DNA from: Eukaryota sp. GEM-RC1
Taxonomy: Eukaryota
Direction of reading: 5' to 3'
DNA: 64,000 nt
Assembly: GCA_040285855.1 (NCBI GenBank)
Contig: JAUFOQ010000017.1
Location: 248,001-312,000, forward strand
Program-made: the position numbers and the translations under genes
The notes under the pieces: generated by a model
What the model was told of the DNA's origin: nothing
Databases searched by the model: none
The model's input: only the letters and a program-made list of their open reading frames with translations
Shown: positions 26,357 through 38,097 of the stretch, in pieces
How positions within the stretch are numbered: the stretch's first letter is position 1
Layout: every line of letters starts with the position of its first letter

Positions 26357-27445
26357 TTAATAAATAATCTTATTTATTCTGTTAAAAATTCTGTTTTTGT
26401 AGGTTTCATAATTTCCAGAACTTATGCTCTCCCTTACTTCATCAAACAAACGAACGACTACTGTTGAATTATGAATTAAAAGAAGTGACTCTGCCAACAT
26501 TTCATGACACTTTAACAAATGATTAATATATTGCCGTGAATGATCTTTACAACACTGACAAGAACAAGCTGATGATATAGGTTTGTCGTCGAGAACAAAC
26601 TCATTCTCAAGAAGATTCAAAAACGGACAGTCGCTATCAAGAAACGTCAGAGCCAAACCCTGCTTAGCTGTCAGAACGTGAAAACTAACAGATATCAAAT
26701 CAAACCCGAGTTCCATCCAATGAAAGAGCTCAAGTGGAGTACCAATGCAAGTTACATGTCTATGAAAAGACTGTGGCAAGACACCCAAAAGCTTTCTAAT
26801 TGAATTCTGATCTGAAACTGCAGTATCATAAGAGGACAAGTGAACTCCCTTGAAACTACTTGCTTCTAGATTATCAATAAACGATGGAGTGTATGAGTCT
26901 AAACAGAGGGTTGACACTGTCAGGAACAATAGGGATGAAGGCTGTGTGGTGGTGCTAAGATATTGCTCGGTCCAGTTTATAGATCTCTTGATTGCTAATG
27001 ATTGACGTTTATCTGTTAGAGAGAGAACGGAATCGTCAATAGGCAGGATGGCTATGTCTGGTTTCCATAGTGTAACAAAATCCATCAGACTTTTGGGTGA
27101 CACTTTTAATCGACCAGCTGGAGATGATAGATTAATACAGTTGTCATTGACGTTATCAACATCATTGGATATAGCATCTGTCACAGACAGAACAATGGGA
27201 TAATTATGACAGTAATGTTGACGAAGAGACAAGTCGCCAGGATTGGAATCGAGTTTATCCCAAATGTAGTTATAGGAGAAAGCGCTGAAAAAGTTTGAAG
27301 GTAGTGAATTATCCCGCTGAATATAACCAGGTAAGTTTCCAGACTGAGAGAGGAGTACAGGTGCAGGAGTGTTGTAGGTCGTTGGATCTGACAGTAAAGC
27401 CCCAGACCGAACGTCATTTTGGTTCTGGAGCAATGGGTTTTTCAT
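26357..27445 (-). CDS. QTRT2: queuine tRNA-ribosyltransferase accessory subunit-like
   Basis: TGT-fold features: TPAP, RSINW, GFDL, and the zinc site CSCQCC...HSRQYINHLLKCHEMLAESLLLIHN. The catalytic DSGG motif of QTRT1 is absent. Confidence 0.8.
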   Translation of the reverse strand: MKNPLLQNQNDVRSGALLSDPTTYNTPAPVLLSQSGNLPGYIQRDNSLPSNFFSAFSYNYIWDKLDSNPGDLSLRQHYCHNYPIVLSVTDAISNDVDNVNDNCINLSSPAGRLKVSPKSLMDFVTLWKPDIAILPIDDSVLSLTDKRQSLAIKRSINWTEQYLSTTTQPSSLLFLTVSTLCLDSYTPSFIDNLEASSFKGVHLSSYDTAVSDQNSIRKLLGVLPQSFHRHVTCIGTPLELFHWMELGFDLISVSFHVLTAKQGLALTFLDSDCPFLNLLENEFVLDDKPISSACSCQCCKDHSRQYINHLLKCHEMLAESLLLIHNSTVVVRLFDEVRESISSGNYETYKNRIFNRINKIIY

Positions 27446-27487
27446 GTAACCAAAAATCTTCTAAAGTTTTGCCTGCACTGAAAGACT

Positions 27488-28581
27488 ATGGATTTTGGCT
27501 CCTTTAACCTCAACTCTACTGATGATGACTCTTTCTCACTATCATTAGCTTCTGATAAGAATAGTAATGATGCGGGTATGTATGATGCTGGAGCTTTACT
27601 GACTCAAGAAGATAGATTCTCCCTCAAATCGTCCTCGTTGTTTACTTCTGCACATAGTGATGAAGAATCTACTTCATCGTTTTCACTCAAAGCGTTTCAA
27701 GGATTTGGGGCCTCGTCCTTTCATTCCGGTACAAAATCAGCTATCCACAGTCAGCCACAATCTGTGTCATTAGAACACTCTAAAACATCATCACAACTAA
27801 ATTCTACTGTATCGACCACGAAACGCAATGAAGAATCAACCAGCCAGAACTTCACTAAACAAATTGCTACTGAAAGTGATATTTCTCCAACCCAGCCATG
27901 TACTCGTACTTCCAGTGTAAAGTCTTCTTCTGATCAAACAAAATCATCAACTAAACCCAAACTCAATTTTCCTCGAGTATTTAATGTGTCTCCGCCACTT
28001 GCAAAGAAACCACGAACAGACGATAAGATAAACAGTACCCCTAAAATGCCCCAATCAACTAATCCGATTGGAGCATCTCCCCAGAAGTCGCGTTTTCCAA
28101 AGTTTGATCTGGGATCAACGCTCAAAAAGTGCAATATCCCAAAACTGACTCCAATTGATGTGGAAAAGACAGAAACTGAAAAGCCTCAACCTCAATTGAT
28201 TGTTTCTACTGATGAAGATTTGGATTTTAAGAAATTGCTAAATGACTTGAATAATGTATGTTTGTTAATATGTCCTAATCACAGGTTAATGTTGAAGAAC
28301 TTCTACAAGACAGTTCGATTCATGAGCGAATGAATTTCTATGAATCAAAATGCACAGAGCTGCAGGAGTTTCTGGACAATCAAAAGCAGCAATTTGATGA
28401 CATCACAGTTGAAGCCTTAATGTTACAGAACAAAATCCTGTTTATGGTGGATCCAATCTTGGATGCAAAGATGCAGGCATATGCTAAAGAGCTTTTGGAT
28501 ACCGCTGAATATGTAGAGTACGAAAATCTACAAATTGAAGACGACAGAGAATTCACAGAGGATCTTACATTATGTGAGTGA
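27488..28581 (+). CDS. Ser-rich disordered protein with a C-terminal coiled coil; intron 28256-28284
   Basis: Two ORFs joined in frame by removing a 29-nt GT-AG intron. Confidence 0.7.
28256..28284 (+). other. 29-nt spliceosomal intron
   Basis: GTATGT...CCTAATCACAG, with a branch-point-like CTAAT abutting the 3' splice site. Splicing restores the frame into ORF 28330. Confidence 0.8.
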
Positions 28582-28871
28582 TTATTTTGTATCACTATTT
28601 ATACGTATAACATGAAAATTGAAGCAATGATGTCAAGAGTGGTTAAAACTCTATTTGCCCATAATTAAATGGGCCCTTGTTTAATATGGTTTAATAATCT
28701 TTCAAAATGAACGGGTGTAAAATTGAAACAAATACCGGATTGTTTAGTTTCCTCATAAATAGATAAATGTTCAAATGATACTAAATCAACACTACATAAT
28801 GAGCTAGAGTTTGTAAAACGAATTTTGGATTCGACTCTAATCATTACATTAGGTTAATTTTGGCTTTTTGT

Positions 28872-30002
28872 TAGCACTGGGCGTTCGGATCAGATTTCAC
28901 TTCAGATTTCGGATGGGACCGGATTCGGATCGGATTCAGATCCAGTTTTGCTATTTTGTTCGGATTCGGATCAGATTCGGATTCGAACGTTCGGATTCAG
29001 ATCGGATTCAGATCCTTTTGTTCGGATTCAGATCGAAGTCAGATATCCGTTATCTGAAACCAATTGTGGTGTATACAACTTGTTATTGTTGTAATTATAC
29101 AATGATATTTATACTAGTAGCAGATATTTTGACATTAGTAGCCGACAATTATTCCAGTGCTGAAGCTCCCCGTTTTTTGCAAAAATCAGTTATAGAAATG
29201 CAGAAGATGATCTTTAAGTATAGTGAACACTTATTTGATGAAATTAATTGTCTAAGTGCTTTACTTGATCCACGTATAAAGCAGGATCTGCTTCCTTGCG
29301 CAGAAACTGAAAAACTGAATTATGTAGGAAAACTACATACGTTGACTGCAGGTGTAGAAACACAGCCAGGCAAGTTTAAGCCTTCTTCTGCTAAAAAAGG
29401 TAACAATCCGTTTGCAGCAGCAGCTGAGAAGAAGAGAAGTGTTCAATCACCTCAAAATGAAGACGAACTCAACATTTACTTGAACGACTTGTATCAAGAT
29501 CCAGAGGCTGACCCATTGACATACTGGAAAGAGAGAGCAGAGAAATTCCCGAGATTGGTCTCATTAGCAAAGAAGTATTTGGCTGTACAACCAACTTCGA
29601 TTCCTTGCAAACGTCTCTTTTCAGTCGCTGGTCGCAATATGACAGCTGGACGAAGTTGCTTAGGAGCAGAAGCTCTTGAAGCTATGTGTTCTCTAAAATC
29701 TTGGTGGAGTCAGCTTGGTGCTGTAGATGATGAAGATGTTGACTCAGAATAGTACTTGTATTTATTTAAGTGATATAAAGAATATGATATTGGTGTTCTC
29801 TTATAGTCAAGAAAGGGATAAGAAGATTCTGCTTGTTCGGATTTCAGATCGGATTCGGATCAAGGTAGTTCAGATCGGATCAGATTCAGATTAGAGCAGT
29901 TCGGATCGGATCGTATTCGGATCAAGGTAGTTCAGATCGGATCAGATTCGGATACAAGAAATTCAGATCGGATCGGATCGGATATCTGAACGCCCAGTGC
30001 TA
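28872..30002 (+). mobile_element. internally deleted hAT element (1131 bp) retaining the transposase C-terminus/dimerisation domain
   Basis: TIR TAGCACTGGGCGTTC, TSD CTTTTTGT (28864-71 and 30003-10), many TCGGAT/TCAGAT subterminal repeats, and LDPR...YWK...FPRL...PTSIPCKRLFS. Confidence 0.93.
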
Positions 30003-30016
30003 CTTTTTGTTCCAAA

Positions 30017-30694
30017 ATGGAACTCTTCTTTGACATTCTCAACGATCCTGAAGATCAATTTGCAGAAGAACTTCATGACTCAACTCTTTCCCAGTTTCAA
30101 TCCCACGGAGTTCCTATAACTGTATGTCAAAACTCAATATCTGGATCCATAGGATCATCTCTATGGCCAGCCACTGATCTCTTTCTACAGTTCCTTGAAA
30201 CCTTTGATTCTCAATATTTCCTAAATAAATCTATTATAGAACTTGGTTCTGGAGTCGGCCTTCTTTCAATGGTTTGTGCTGTTATGGGTGCATCTAAAGT
30301 ACTTGCTACAGACATACCTTTTATCATCAATTGGATTGATCACAACTTTTCCCTCAACACCCACTTACCATACTTTGACTCTCTCTTAACCCAAAGCCTA
30401 TTATGGGGCGATAAGGACGACATACAACACGTGTTTAAGACCTTTCTAACGCTTGACTTTGTCATCGCCTCGGATGTTGTTTACTCAACTGAAAGTGTCC
30501 CTCTACTTCTTGATACCATTAAACAATTCATTGATCGATATGGTTGTACTGTTTGGATTGCTCTGAAGTGGAGATCTGCAGACACCACTACATCTTTTAG
30601 GGAAAATTTGAAATATTATGAGCTTTCAACAAGGACTTTATCTGAAACCAAAGATAAAAGCATAATCCTTTTAGAGATTTTAAAGGAATCATGA
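30017..30694 (+). CDS. METTL21/family-16 protein lysine methyltransferase
   Basis: GSSLWPA, IELGSGVGL, VLATD, LLWG, IASDVVY. Confidence 0.85.
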   Translation: MELFFDILNDPEDQFAEELHDSTLSQFQSHGVPITVCQNSISGSIGSSLWPATDLFLQFLETFDSQYFLNKSIIELGSGVGLLSMVCAVMGASKVLATDIPFIINWIDHNFSLNTHLPYFDSLLTQSLLWGDKDDIQHVFKTFLTLDFVIASDVVYSTESVPLLLDTIKQFIDRYGCTVWIALKWRSADTTTSFRENLKYYELSTRTLSETKDKSIILLEILKES

Positions 30695-30914
30695 ATACTC
30701 AAAAAGGATGGTAATTTAATATACAAATGATGACGTGAGAAATTCTTCTTTTGAAAGAATTCGAAATAAAGGTGAAAGTGACAAATCATGGGAGTACAAT
30801 AAATACAACAAGGTAATGAATTACTAGGTAAGCCTACAGGCTCAGCAAAAACACTTCTTTAAAAAGCAAGAAAGAAATACAAACTCAAGAAACAACCTTT
30901 GAAAACGTCTGAAA

Positions 30915-32703
30915 TCAACGAAAGAAATCATCCATGTCAATTCCTGCTCTAGAAAGCAAATCCAAGTCACCAAACTTATCAACTTGTTGGCATAAATGAG
31001 CAAGTTCAGGATCATCAATTGACACGCTGGAGGAAGAATTTGAAAAATTAGGAATATTTGGTCTGCCACGTGACGGAGGTTTAGGTGGTAGTGGGGCAGG
31101 ATTTCTAGTGAAGTCAAAAGAGGATGACGTTGACAACGCATCATCACTTCCCAATAAGGAAAGAGGCAAATCATCAACTTCAAAAACAGAATACGAATCA
31201 AGATCATCATGATTGATCTCATCATCTGAACTGAGCTCTACTTCCTCAACAACTTCTTGTTCTTCTTCACTCAACTCACCTTCCTCTTCAGACTGCTCCT
31301 GATTCTCCTCTTCACTTTCCTCCTCCTCATCTCTGCTCTCTTCACTGGAGTACAACGTCATCATCTGATACTAACTCTTCTTGTACTTCTGAGGGGTCTT
31401 CTACTGGCAGTTGGACCACAGAATCTTGATCTGAATCTTGATCAACTTGAGATGAATCCAACAACAAAGGATCCAAATCACCATACCGAGACAGGAAATC
31501 ATGACCAGAATCTTGATGACGTGACGCCACCTTTTCCTCGTGATCACTTTCCTCTTCCACCACAAGCTCATCATCAACCTCCTTCTCTCCCACCTCTTCC
31601 TTACCCAAATGATCCCGACTCTTTAGGACTGGAATCACTGGTGGGGGTGGGGGTCTGATAGGAGCGGGAATAACAGAACGGAAAGCACTAGAGCGATTGC
31701 CTTTAAAGTAGATATCGACTAGTATAGAGCAATACTCTGAATCATCAACACAGCAAGTATCAAATTTGATTGGCTTTTCCAGAGCATTGACTATATTCAT
31801 CGGAGCACCACGTGCTAAAGCTAAATTCAATGCGATACCTCCAGGATTAAACACATTCTCCAAAGTTACTTTACCATTCAAGTTACAAACATACTTACCA
31901 GAAGAGGTAATTGACACTGCTACAGAAAGATAAGCTGATTTCAAGAGAGTTGACAGGAGAGGGGACATGAGGATGGGAGTGACAGCAGAGAGAACAACAT
32001 GAGGGTTTAATCCATAGAGAACTGATGATACAATAGGTGATGTCAGCTTATCAATCATTTTTGATAGGCGCTGATTCTTGAGTGATTGGCTGAGCTCATC
32101 TGATTGAGGAAAGAACACCTTGGCTCCCACGATGGTATTGATTGGAGCAGACATGAGCTCAGGATATCCTGCTACCAAGTAAGATAGACCAGAAAGAGTG
32201 GAGAGATTGACATTGAGAGCAGTTTTAACAGGAATTAGTCGTGGTTTGATCTCTGGAGGAGGTGACCGAAGAGCTTCTTTGGGAGGGAGAAGAGGGGAAG
32301 TCATGGAGTCTTGAACTGTGGGTTTTTGAGGAGTAACCTGGATGGAGAGAGATACTGGAGAAGGTTGACGAGGGGGTGGATTGCGAGGAGAAGTAGGTGG
32401 GGTGAGGGTTGGTACTACAGGAAGAGGTGATGGTTGTGGTGAAGGAATTGGTAGTATGTCTTCAGGAGGTGGTGACGTGGCAGTAGAGCGAGTTACTGTC
32501 TTTTTCTGTGGAGCAGACTGAGATGCAAGTTGATGTTTGAGTTTTATCAGTTTTGTAAGTTCATCAGAAAGATCAGACGTCGGCTCCACAGGATTCAGTT
32601 CCGACAATTCCTTTATTAGAGACGAGGTAGAGTGATATATATCATCAAGGAAAGAAAAATCGTCAGACTCTATTCGAGAGTGGAATAGTTCAATGGAATG
32701 CAT
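30915..32703 (-). CDS. Pro-rich/acidic hypothetical protein; ORF break at ~31350
   Basis: A 453-aa and a 149-aa ORF overlap, with acidic composition continuous across the break. No homopolymer at the break, so two genes cannot be excluded. Confidence 0.55.
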
Positions 32704-33072
32704 AGTAGTTCAGTAGCAGGAAGAACATCACTGAGAAGAAGGACACAAAAAGATTTGTAAAAACAAAACCTCCATATTCCTGTTACAGTGCGTAAATGAC
32801 ACCTTTTTGGACACTCTCTATTTGCTCATTTTTGCGGGAATTATAGCCGGCAGCTTGATTAAACGATCAAGTGCAAACTAAGACTATTATCGGTCAGTAG
32901 CTGCCCACATCCATCAATCTCAATAACTGTGTTTGTTCAATCAGATCTTTCAACTGTTTCTGACGTCCACTGTCCTTTGTGCAACTGAGTTCCTCCTATT
33001 GTATATCAGATTCAAAACAATTTGACTCTATTCGATTTTATCAATAAACAAATATGTCTCTCCTATTCTCAC

Positions 33073-33496
33073 CTATTGTTGAGTATGATGAATAGCAATA
33101 CAAGAGATTTCGAATCTAGCATTTTTGGGAAGGCAAGCAGCTTGAATGCATTCTGTGGTAAATAAAACAATCTGAGAACAAACCTCTGGCGGGTGGTCTT
33201 TCTGGGAAATACTCAGCATAGACAGCATTGAGCTTGGCGAACTCAGACATATCAGCAACAAAGAGGCTACATTTGATAACATCATCTAAAGTGGATCCAG
33301 CACATTCAAGAATAGCCTTCATGTTTTCCATGGCACATCTGCATTGATCGACTGAATTTTGAGCAACAAAATCGCCAGTTTTGGGATCAACACCAAGACA
33401 TCCAGACACATAGAGAAAACCGTTTGCAGCAGCGCACTGTGAATAAGGTCCAATAGCAGCAGGGGCTTTGTCGGTATGGTAGATTTGTTTGGACAT
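33073..33496 (-). CDS. RIDA: RidA/YjgF/UK114 enamine-imine deaminase; intron 33153-33183
   Basis: APAAIGPYSQ, YVSG, NAVYAEYF, PPAR. Splicing yields the conserved PARECIQAACLPKNARFEISCIA. Confidence 0.92.
33153..33183 (-). other. 31-nt spliceosomal intron
   Basis: GTTTGT...TACCACAG. Removing it restores the RidA C-terminus. Confidence 0.88.
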
Positions 33497-34261
33497 CTAT
33501 AAGTGTAAATATATCTCAAAGTTAAAGTTAAGTTACAACAACAGTTGGTCCAATTGCAAGCCCTGGGGATTCACCACTCCTTCCTCTTGTGTGTAAGGGT
33601 CTTAAACAATGATCACTTCTGTCTCTCTTTGAACATGTCTATGGTGAATTATGGATAGAAACTCAGTTTCTAATGCATATACGCTGTTCTCGCATGATGT
33701 TCTATTGTTTCAACCATCTTTATCTTCTTGATATCCACCTCTGTCAACTTTATGAAGTTTAATAAATACAGACAAATGCACTTTTTTACATTAACCAAAT
33801 TTATCCAGTTCTCCGGTAAGCACCAGTCTCAAGTTTTGAAATCTTAGTAGATTCTTGCTGTTTGTTAACATTCAAATCCACAAGTATATCTATTAAATAC
33901 ATCCAATGTAAAACTGAGCCCAGAACGTCTAATGGTAGTTCTAAAATAACAAACGGTGAAACATCACACGAAGAGTCTCATATTGATAGAATAAATGACA
34001 ACAAGGAATATATTTTGACGATCAGATTCTCTTCAGTAATCATATGAAGAATCGATATACAAATGGATGTGTAGAGAATGGAAAGAAACGAAATGATGTC
34101 TACGGATCAGCAGCATTCAGTAGAAAGACCAGCGGTGTCCTTGAACCAAAAGGAGTTAGAACTCAAATTTGACAGTTCTTGAACAACCCGAAAAGGAAAG
34201 ATTAATAGGTAAGAGGCCGCTTCAACTTAGAATTTACTTTTTGGTCTGAGTAAGTTCTGTC

Positions 34262-37200
34262 ATGGGGTCGATACTTTACGACAAGCTTTCTGTATGCGAT
34301 CCGGAAAGTCTGTTGTCACGATCTCCGTCAGAATTTGCCACTGATCTTGCTGTTGTATCGGATGATGTTTCTCCCTACGTTGATCGTATTCTGCGTGCAT
34401 ATGACCTACCCAGCTCCTCTCATATCAGTACGGGAATAACGGAGATACTTGCGCTTTTTTTCGGAGTTTTTGATGGTGAATCTGTTACTTATCGTCCTCG
34501 GTTCACAATTTTATCGACACGACAGCGCTTGAATGTACGACCATTGTTTAGTGTGTCTGATGTCCGAATGTCCCCTATTTCTACAAGTCATCATTCTCCA
34601 TCCGCCGTCAGCAAGATTCACTTAACCATGAGCAAGTATGGCGTCCCTGTGTCCTCATTTGACCCTTTGTTACAGAGCATTAGCTCAGTCATGAAGTGCT
34701 TTGATTCTACGTCTCAGTCTCTCACGTCTTTATTTTCAGATCACACCGGTCATAAGATTGCACAACGCTTCCAGGCTGATCTTTTCCATAGTGTTAGTGA
34801 TGTTTCAGCCAGTTTAGAAGCTTCTGCTCCTGAATCAAAGACCGCCATTCTCATCAATGTGTTGTATATCCTGTCTTACGTCGCTGCTTCCATTCTTATT
34901 GAACAATTTTTGTCCCAGTATTCCTTCAACTGTCGAGATTTCTCAGCTTCTTTTATATCATCAAAGGATGTAGAGGATTTCTCTCGCGATCTTGTTTTTA
35001 CCGCTGTAAGCAAAACTCTACTCGAGCGAGTCATCTGTCTCAATCCTTCGTATGAGGCACTGCCTCTATCGCTATGTTCACGTCATCTCGATACTCTTAT
35101 CCACATCGCTACCATCTGTCCAACAACTACTGCGCAGTTCAACCGTCTCTCTCATCGTCTAGCACGTGAGTATTCGGAGTTTCCTTTGTTTTTACAACCT
35201 CTCATCAGAGGTCGAGCTTTTGATGTAGTAAGACCTTTGTTAAATATGTCTTCTGGTGTTGACTATGTTTTGTCTAGTGTTTCACACGCTGTTACTAGCC
35301 CACACATGTCTACTGTTGTTGATTCTATTCTTTCTGCATCTCATATATACGCTGTTGCGAATTCACGTGATCCAAGGGATCTTCTACAGACCAAGGAACT
35401 GTGTTCCGCTCATATTGTTGATATTTTACGTCAGGACAACGCAAATGCTCTCTACAATGCTCACTGCATTCCTCTCAGAGCTACTGTTGGTGAGTTGGTT
35501 GCGTATTCTACATTAGCCGAAGAACCCTCTACAAGAAGACCCTCACATGTTATCCACTCTCCTCTTTCATTGCAAGCGGCTCTTGATAGTGTACCTGTAG
35601 CTCGTACCCCTCTCAATGACCTAATCCTTCCACCTTTGTCTCCTCTCCCAAACTCTGTCATTGCCACCCCTTCTCCTTTGTCCTCCTTAGATTTCCATGA
35701 CATGGAAGTATCATCTACCAATTGCCAAGCGACCCCGCTTCCTACCGTCTTCTCTACTCAACATTTCCTTCGCCGTGATCAAAGTTCTATGACCTTAAGG
35801 AGGAGACAAGAATCAATCAAATCCAAACTAACTAACTATCTCCAGAACAACCCTGATTCTTTACTGTGTAAGCCGTTGTTTGAAACAGAATCTTCCAAGG
35901 ACCTTCTTTCTAAATCGACCCCTAATTTGCCTGCACTTCCAGCTCCATCTTTTCACCAACGCTTCCAGTCTCTTCCTGTTCTAGACTCTGCCCTCAATCT
36001 CCATGAAGCTGATTTCACAGGTCCTCACATGATTTCAACTGCTTCCATTGCCAACTTTTGTAGACGCACCCACACTATTCCCCCCAAAGTTAAACATTCC
36101 TACTTCTCCGACTTGTCTTCCTCCGATCTCCAACAATCATTCAAGGACTACGCCGCTACATTTATCACTGACTCCCATGATGTTGAACTTCTTCTTATGA
36201 CGGCATTGAAACAAGTAGGATCAGTCATACTCACTCCTGATCAAGCTCAGAATTTAAAACAACTGAACAATGCCACTGCTCGTTCACTTCTACAACGTAT
36301 TCAACCTGTTCTCGAAGCAATTCTTTCAGTATCACAGTTTCCTTCAAGAGACGTTGAGCTCATGCTGTGCTGCAGTTGCAGTTTCCTTTTGACCGTCTTA
36401 AACGTGATACCAGTCACCATCTGAGTCTTTCCACTTTGTCTGTGTTTAATACTTTTGTGCGTTATTCCCTTATATCCTTGGTTAACACTCTTGCTGAAAC
36501 TCTTTCCATAACGGCTGCCGAACCTTGTTTTTCTTTGACATGTGTTCCTGGTAAGGGTATTGGTATCTCAAAGACTATCGAGGTTTGCCAACTTCTCAGT
36601 GATTGTTTCACCACAATTCTACTTGAACAAGATACATCTGCAGTTTTTTCAAAAAAGAATGATTTCCTAAAGAAATGGTTATCTACTCTCCAGTCATTTT
36701 CATCTACCTCTCTTGCAGCTGTCACTGTGTCTGATAATCTCTATGACGGACTTGCGGAGTTGTTGGCTTCTAGTTTAAATAACATGTCCCATTTTGTTGA
36801 TCATGTCAGGAAACACACTATCGGATATGTTTCTTCATCCGTATTATCATGCTGTGTGAAGTCCTTCTCTTCATGGACATCTGCCTCTGTTTTAACTGCA
36901 ACAGCCGCTTTTGTCTCATCGCTTTCCAAGCATATTCGAGAACCCCTTCTTAAATCGGGTGTTTTGGAAACAGTTGGTCTACAGACTTCCTGATGCTGCT
37001 GCTTCTGTTCAGACCTACTTCTCATCTATTCTGACAACTGTACAATCTGCCCATTGTTCTTTCCGCTTCGGCACTTCCCCTTTGAAACTATGCTACGAAG
37101 CTGGTCTCGCCTTCGCTCTAATCATTGTCCTTTTGAGCGAAGATGCTGTCCAACGCCTACGAGTCGTCCACTGTCTTTATGCTCTCTCTGGATTACAAAC

Positions 37201-37443
37201 ATCCAAAGCTCATAAGAACTGGAGCAATGCCATTCTACAGGATGTTGTCTTTTTGTAAAGAACTTGAATCTTGGACCCTTGATGGATCTTCTTTCTAGAA
37301 TTCCGTCAGAGGTAGTCTCGAGCAACAAGTTTATTCGAGTAGCTGAGATGGTTGAGAAAGCCATGGAAACTAACTCTACTGAAACAGTTTCAGTAGTTAA
37401 ACGTGCAAAAGAGTGCCTAGAAAAGGTTAACTCTTCGATTTAA
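34262..37443 (+). CDS. large hypothetical helical protein; apparent frameshifts at ~36380, ~36963 and ~37252
   Basis: Four overlapping frames join into ~1060 aa ending at TAA 37441-43. No family recognised. Confidence 0.55.
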
Positions 37444-37515
37444 ATTATTATTATTTGTTTTGTAAGATAATTTTTTGTGTTCGTGTGCAGTGTATAATAA
37501 CATAAAACATTTAGA

Positions 37516-38064
37516 TTATTTAACTATATCATCAGCTCCAATTTTCACTAGTCTCCCATCTTCCAGTGAGATTTCAATGACGTCATCAAGGATACGTGTA
37601 ATTTGACCTGTTCCTAGTTTTGTTCTAATTGTATTGCCCACTCGAATGCCTGTAAAACCTAAGAGCTCCCATTGAGAAAACTCAGGAACACTAGACTGTG
37701 AAGACGCAAATCCCAAACCGAATCGTCCAAAAGACCGACGTTTTCTAGGTTCTGAATCGGAGATGTCATCAGGGACGTTCTTTAATCCAAAAGACCTTAA
37801 CAAATTCAAACCAAAAGATGCAGAAGGAACACTGCTCTCTGATTCCATAGGAATATCAACTGTACTGACATGAGGAAAACTAGTTGAAGAAAGGATAGGA
37901 TGGTGGGTGGTGTCAGAAACTACTGAATTCGATGAAGTATTTGGGTGTTCAAGAGAAAAGGAAGTAATATGCTCCCCAGTAGACTGAGAACCATTAAGAG
38001 GCATCTTTACCGATGGTTCTTCAGCAGCATCTGAAAACTCAAATGAAAAGCTGTCAAAGTCCAT
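37516..38064 (-). CDS. G-patch plus KOW-like protein (Spp2/MOS2/GPKOW-like)
   Basis: SFGLNLLRSFG...RFGLGF G-patch-like motif and a C-terminal KOW-like beta segment. Confidence 0.55.
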   Translation of the reverse strand: MDFDSFSFEFSDAAEEPSVKMPLNGSQSTGEHITSFSLEHPNTSSNSVVSDTTHHPILSSTSFPHVSTVDIPMESESSVPSASFGLNLLRSFGLKNVPDDISDSEPRKRRSFGRFGLGFASSQSSVPEFSQWELLGFTGIRVGNTIRTKLGTGQITRILDDVIEISLEDGRLVKIGADDIVK

Positions 38065-38097
38065 TCATCAACGAAATTCCTGTCTTCACCAACTTTA

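Noticed and set aside
25950..26360. 136-aa ORF
   Set aside because: Non-ATG start and no recognisable motifs; it cannot be supported as a gene.
28885..29055. TCGGAT/TCAGAT repeat array (also 29835-29990) as a CRISPR array or satellite
   Set aside because: No repeat-spacer periodicity. These are subterminal repeats inside hAT TIRs, and the RIRIRF start of ORF 28868 is their translation artefact.
33530..34200. Possible ncRNA or gene between RidA and ORF 34262
   Set aside because: No tRNA, snRNA or snoRNA motif could be recognised. The minus strand looks weakly coding but is full of stops.
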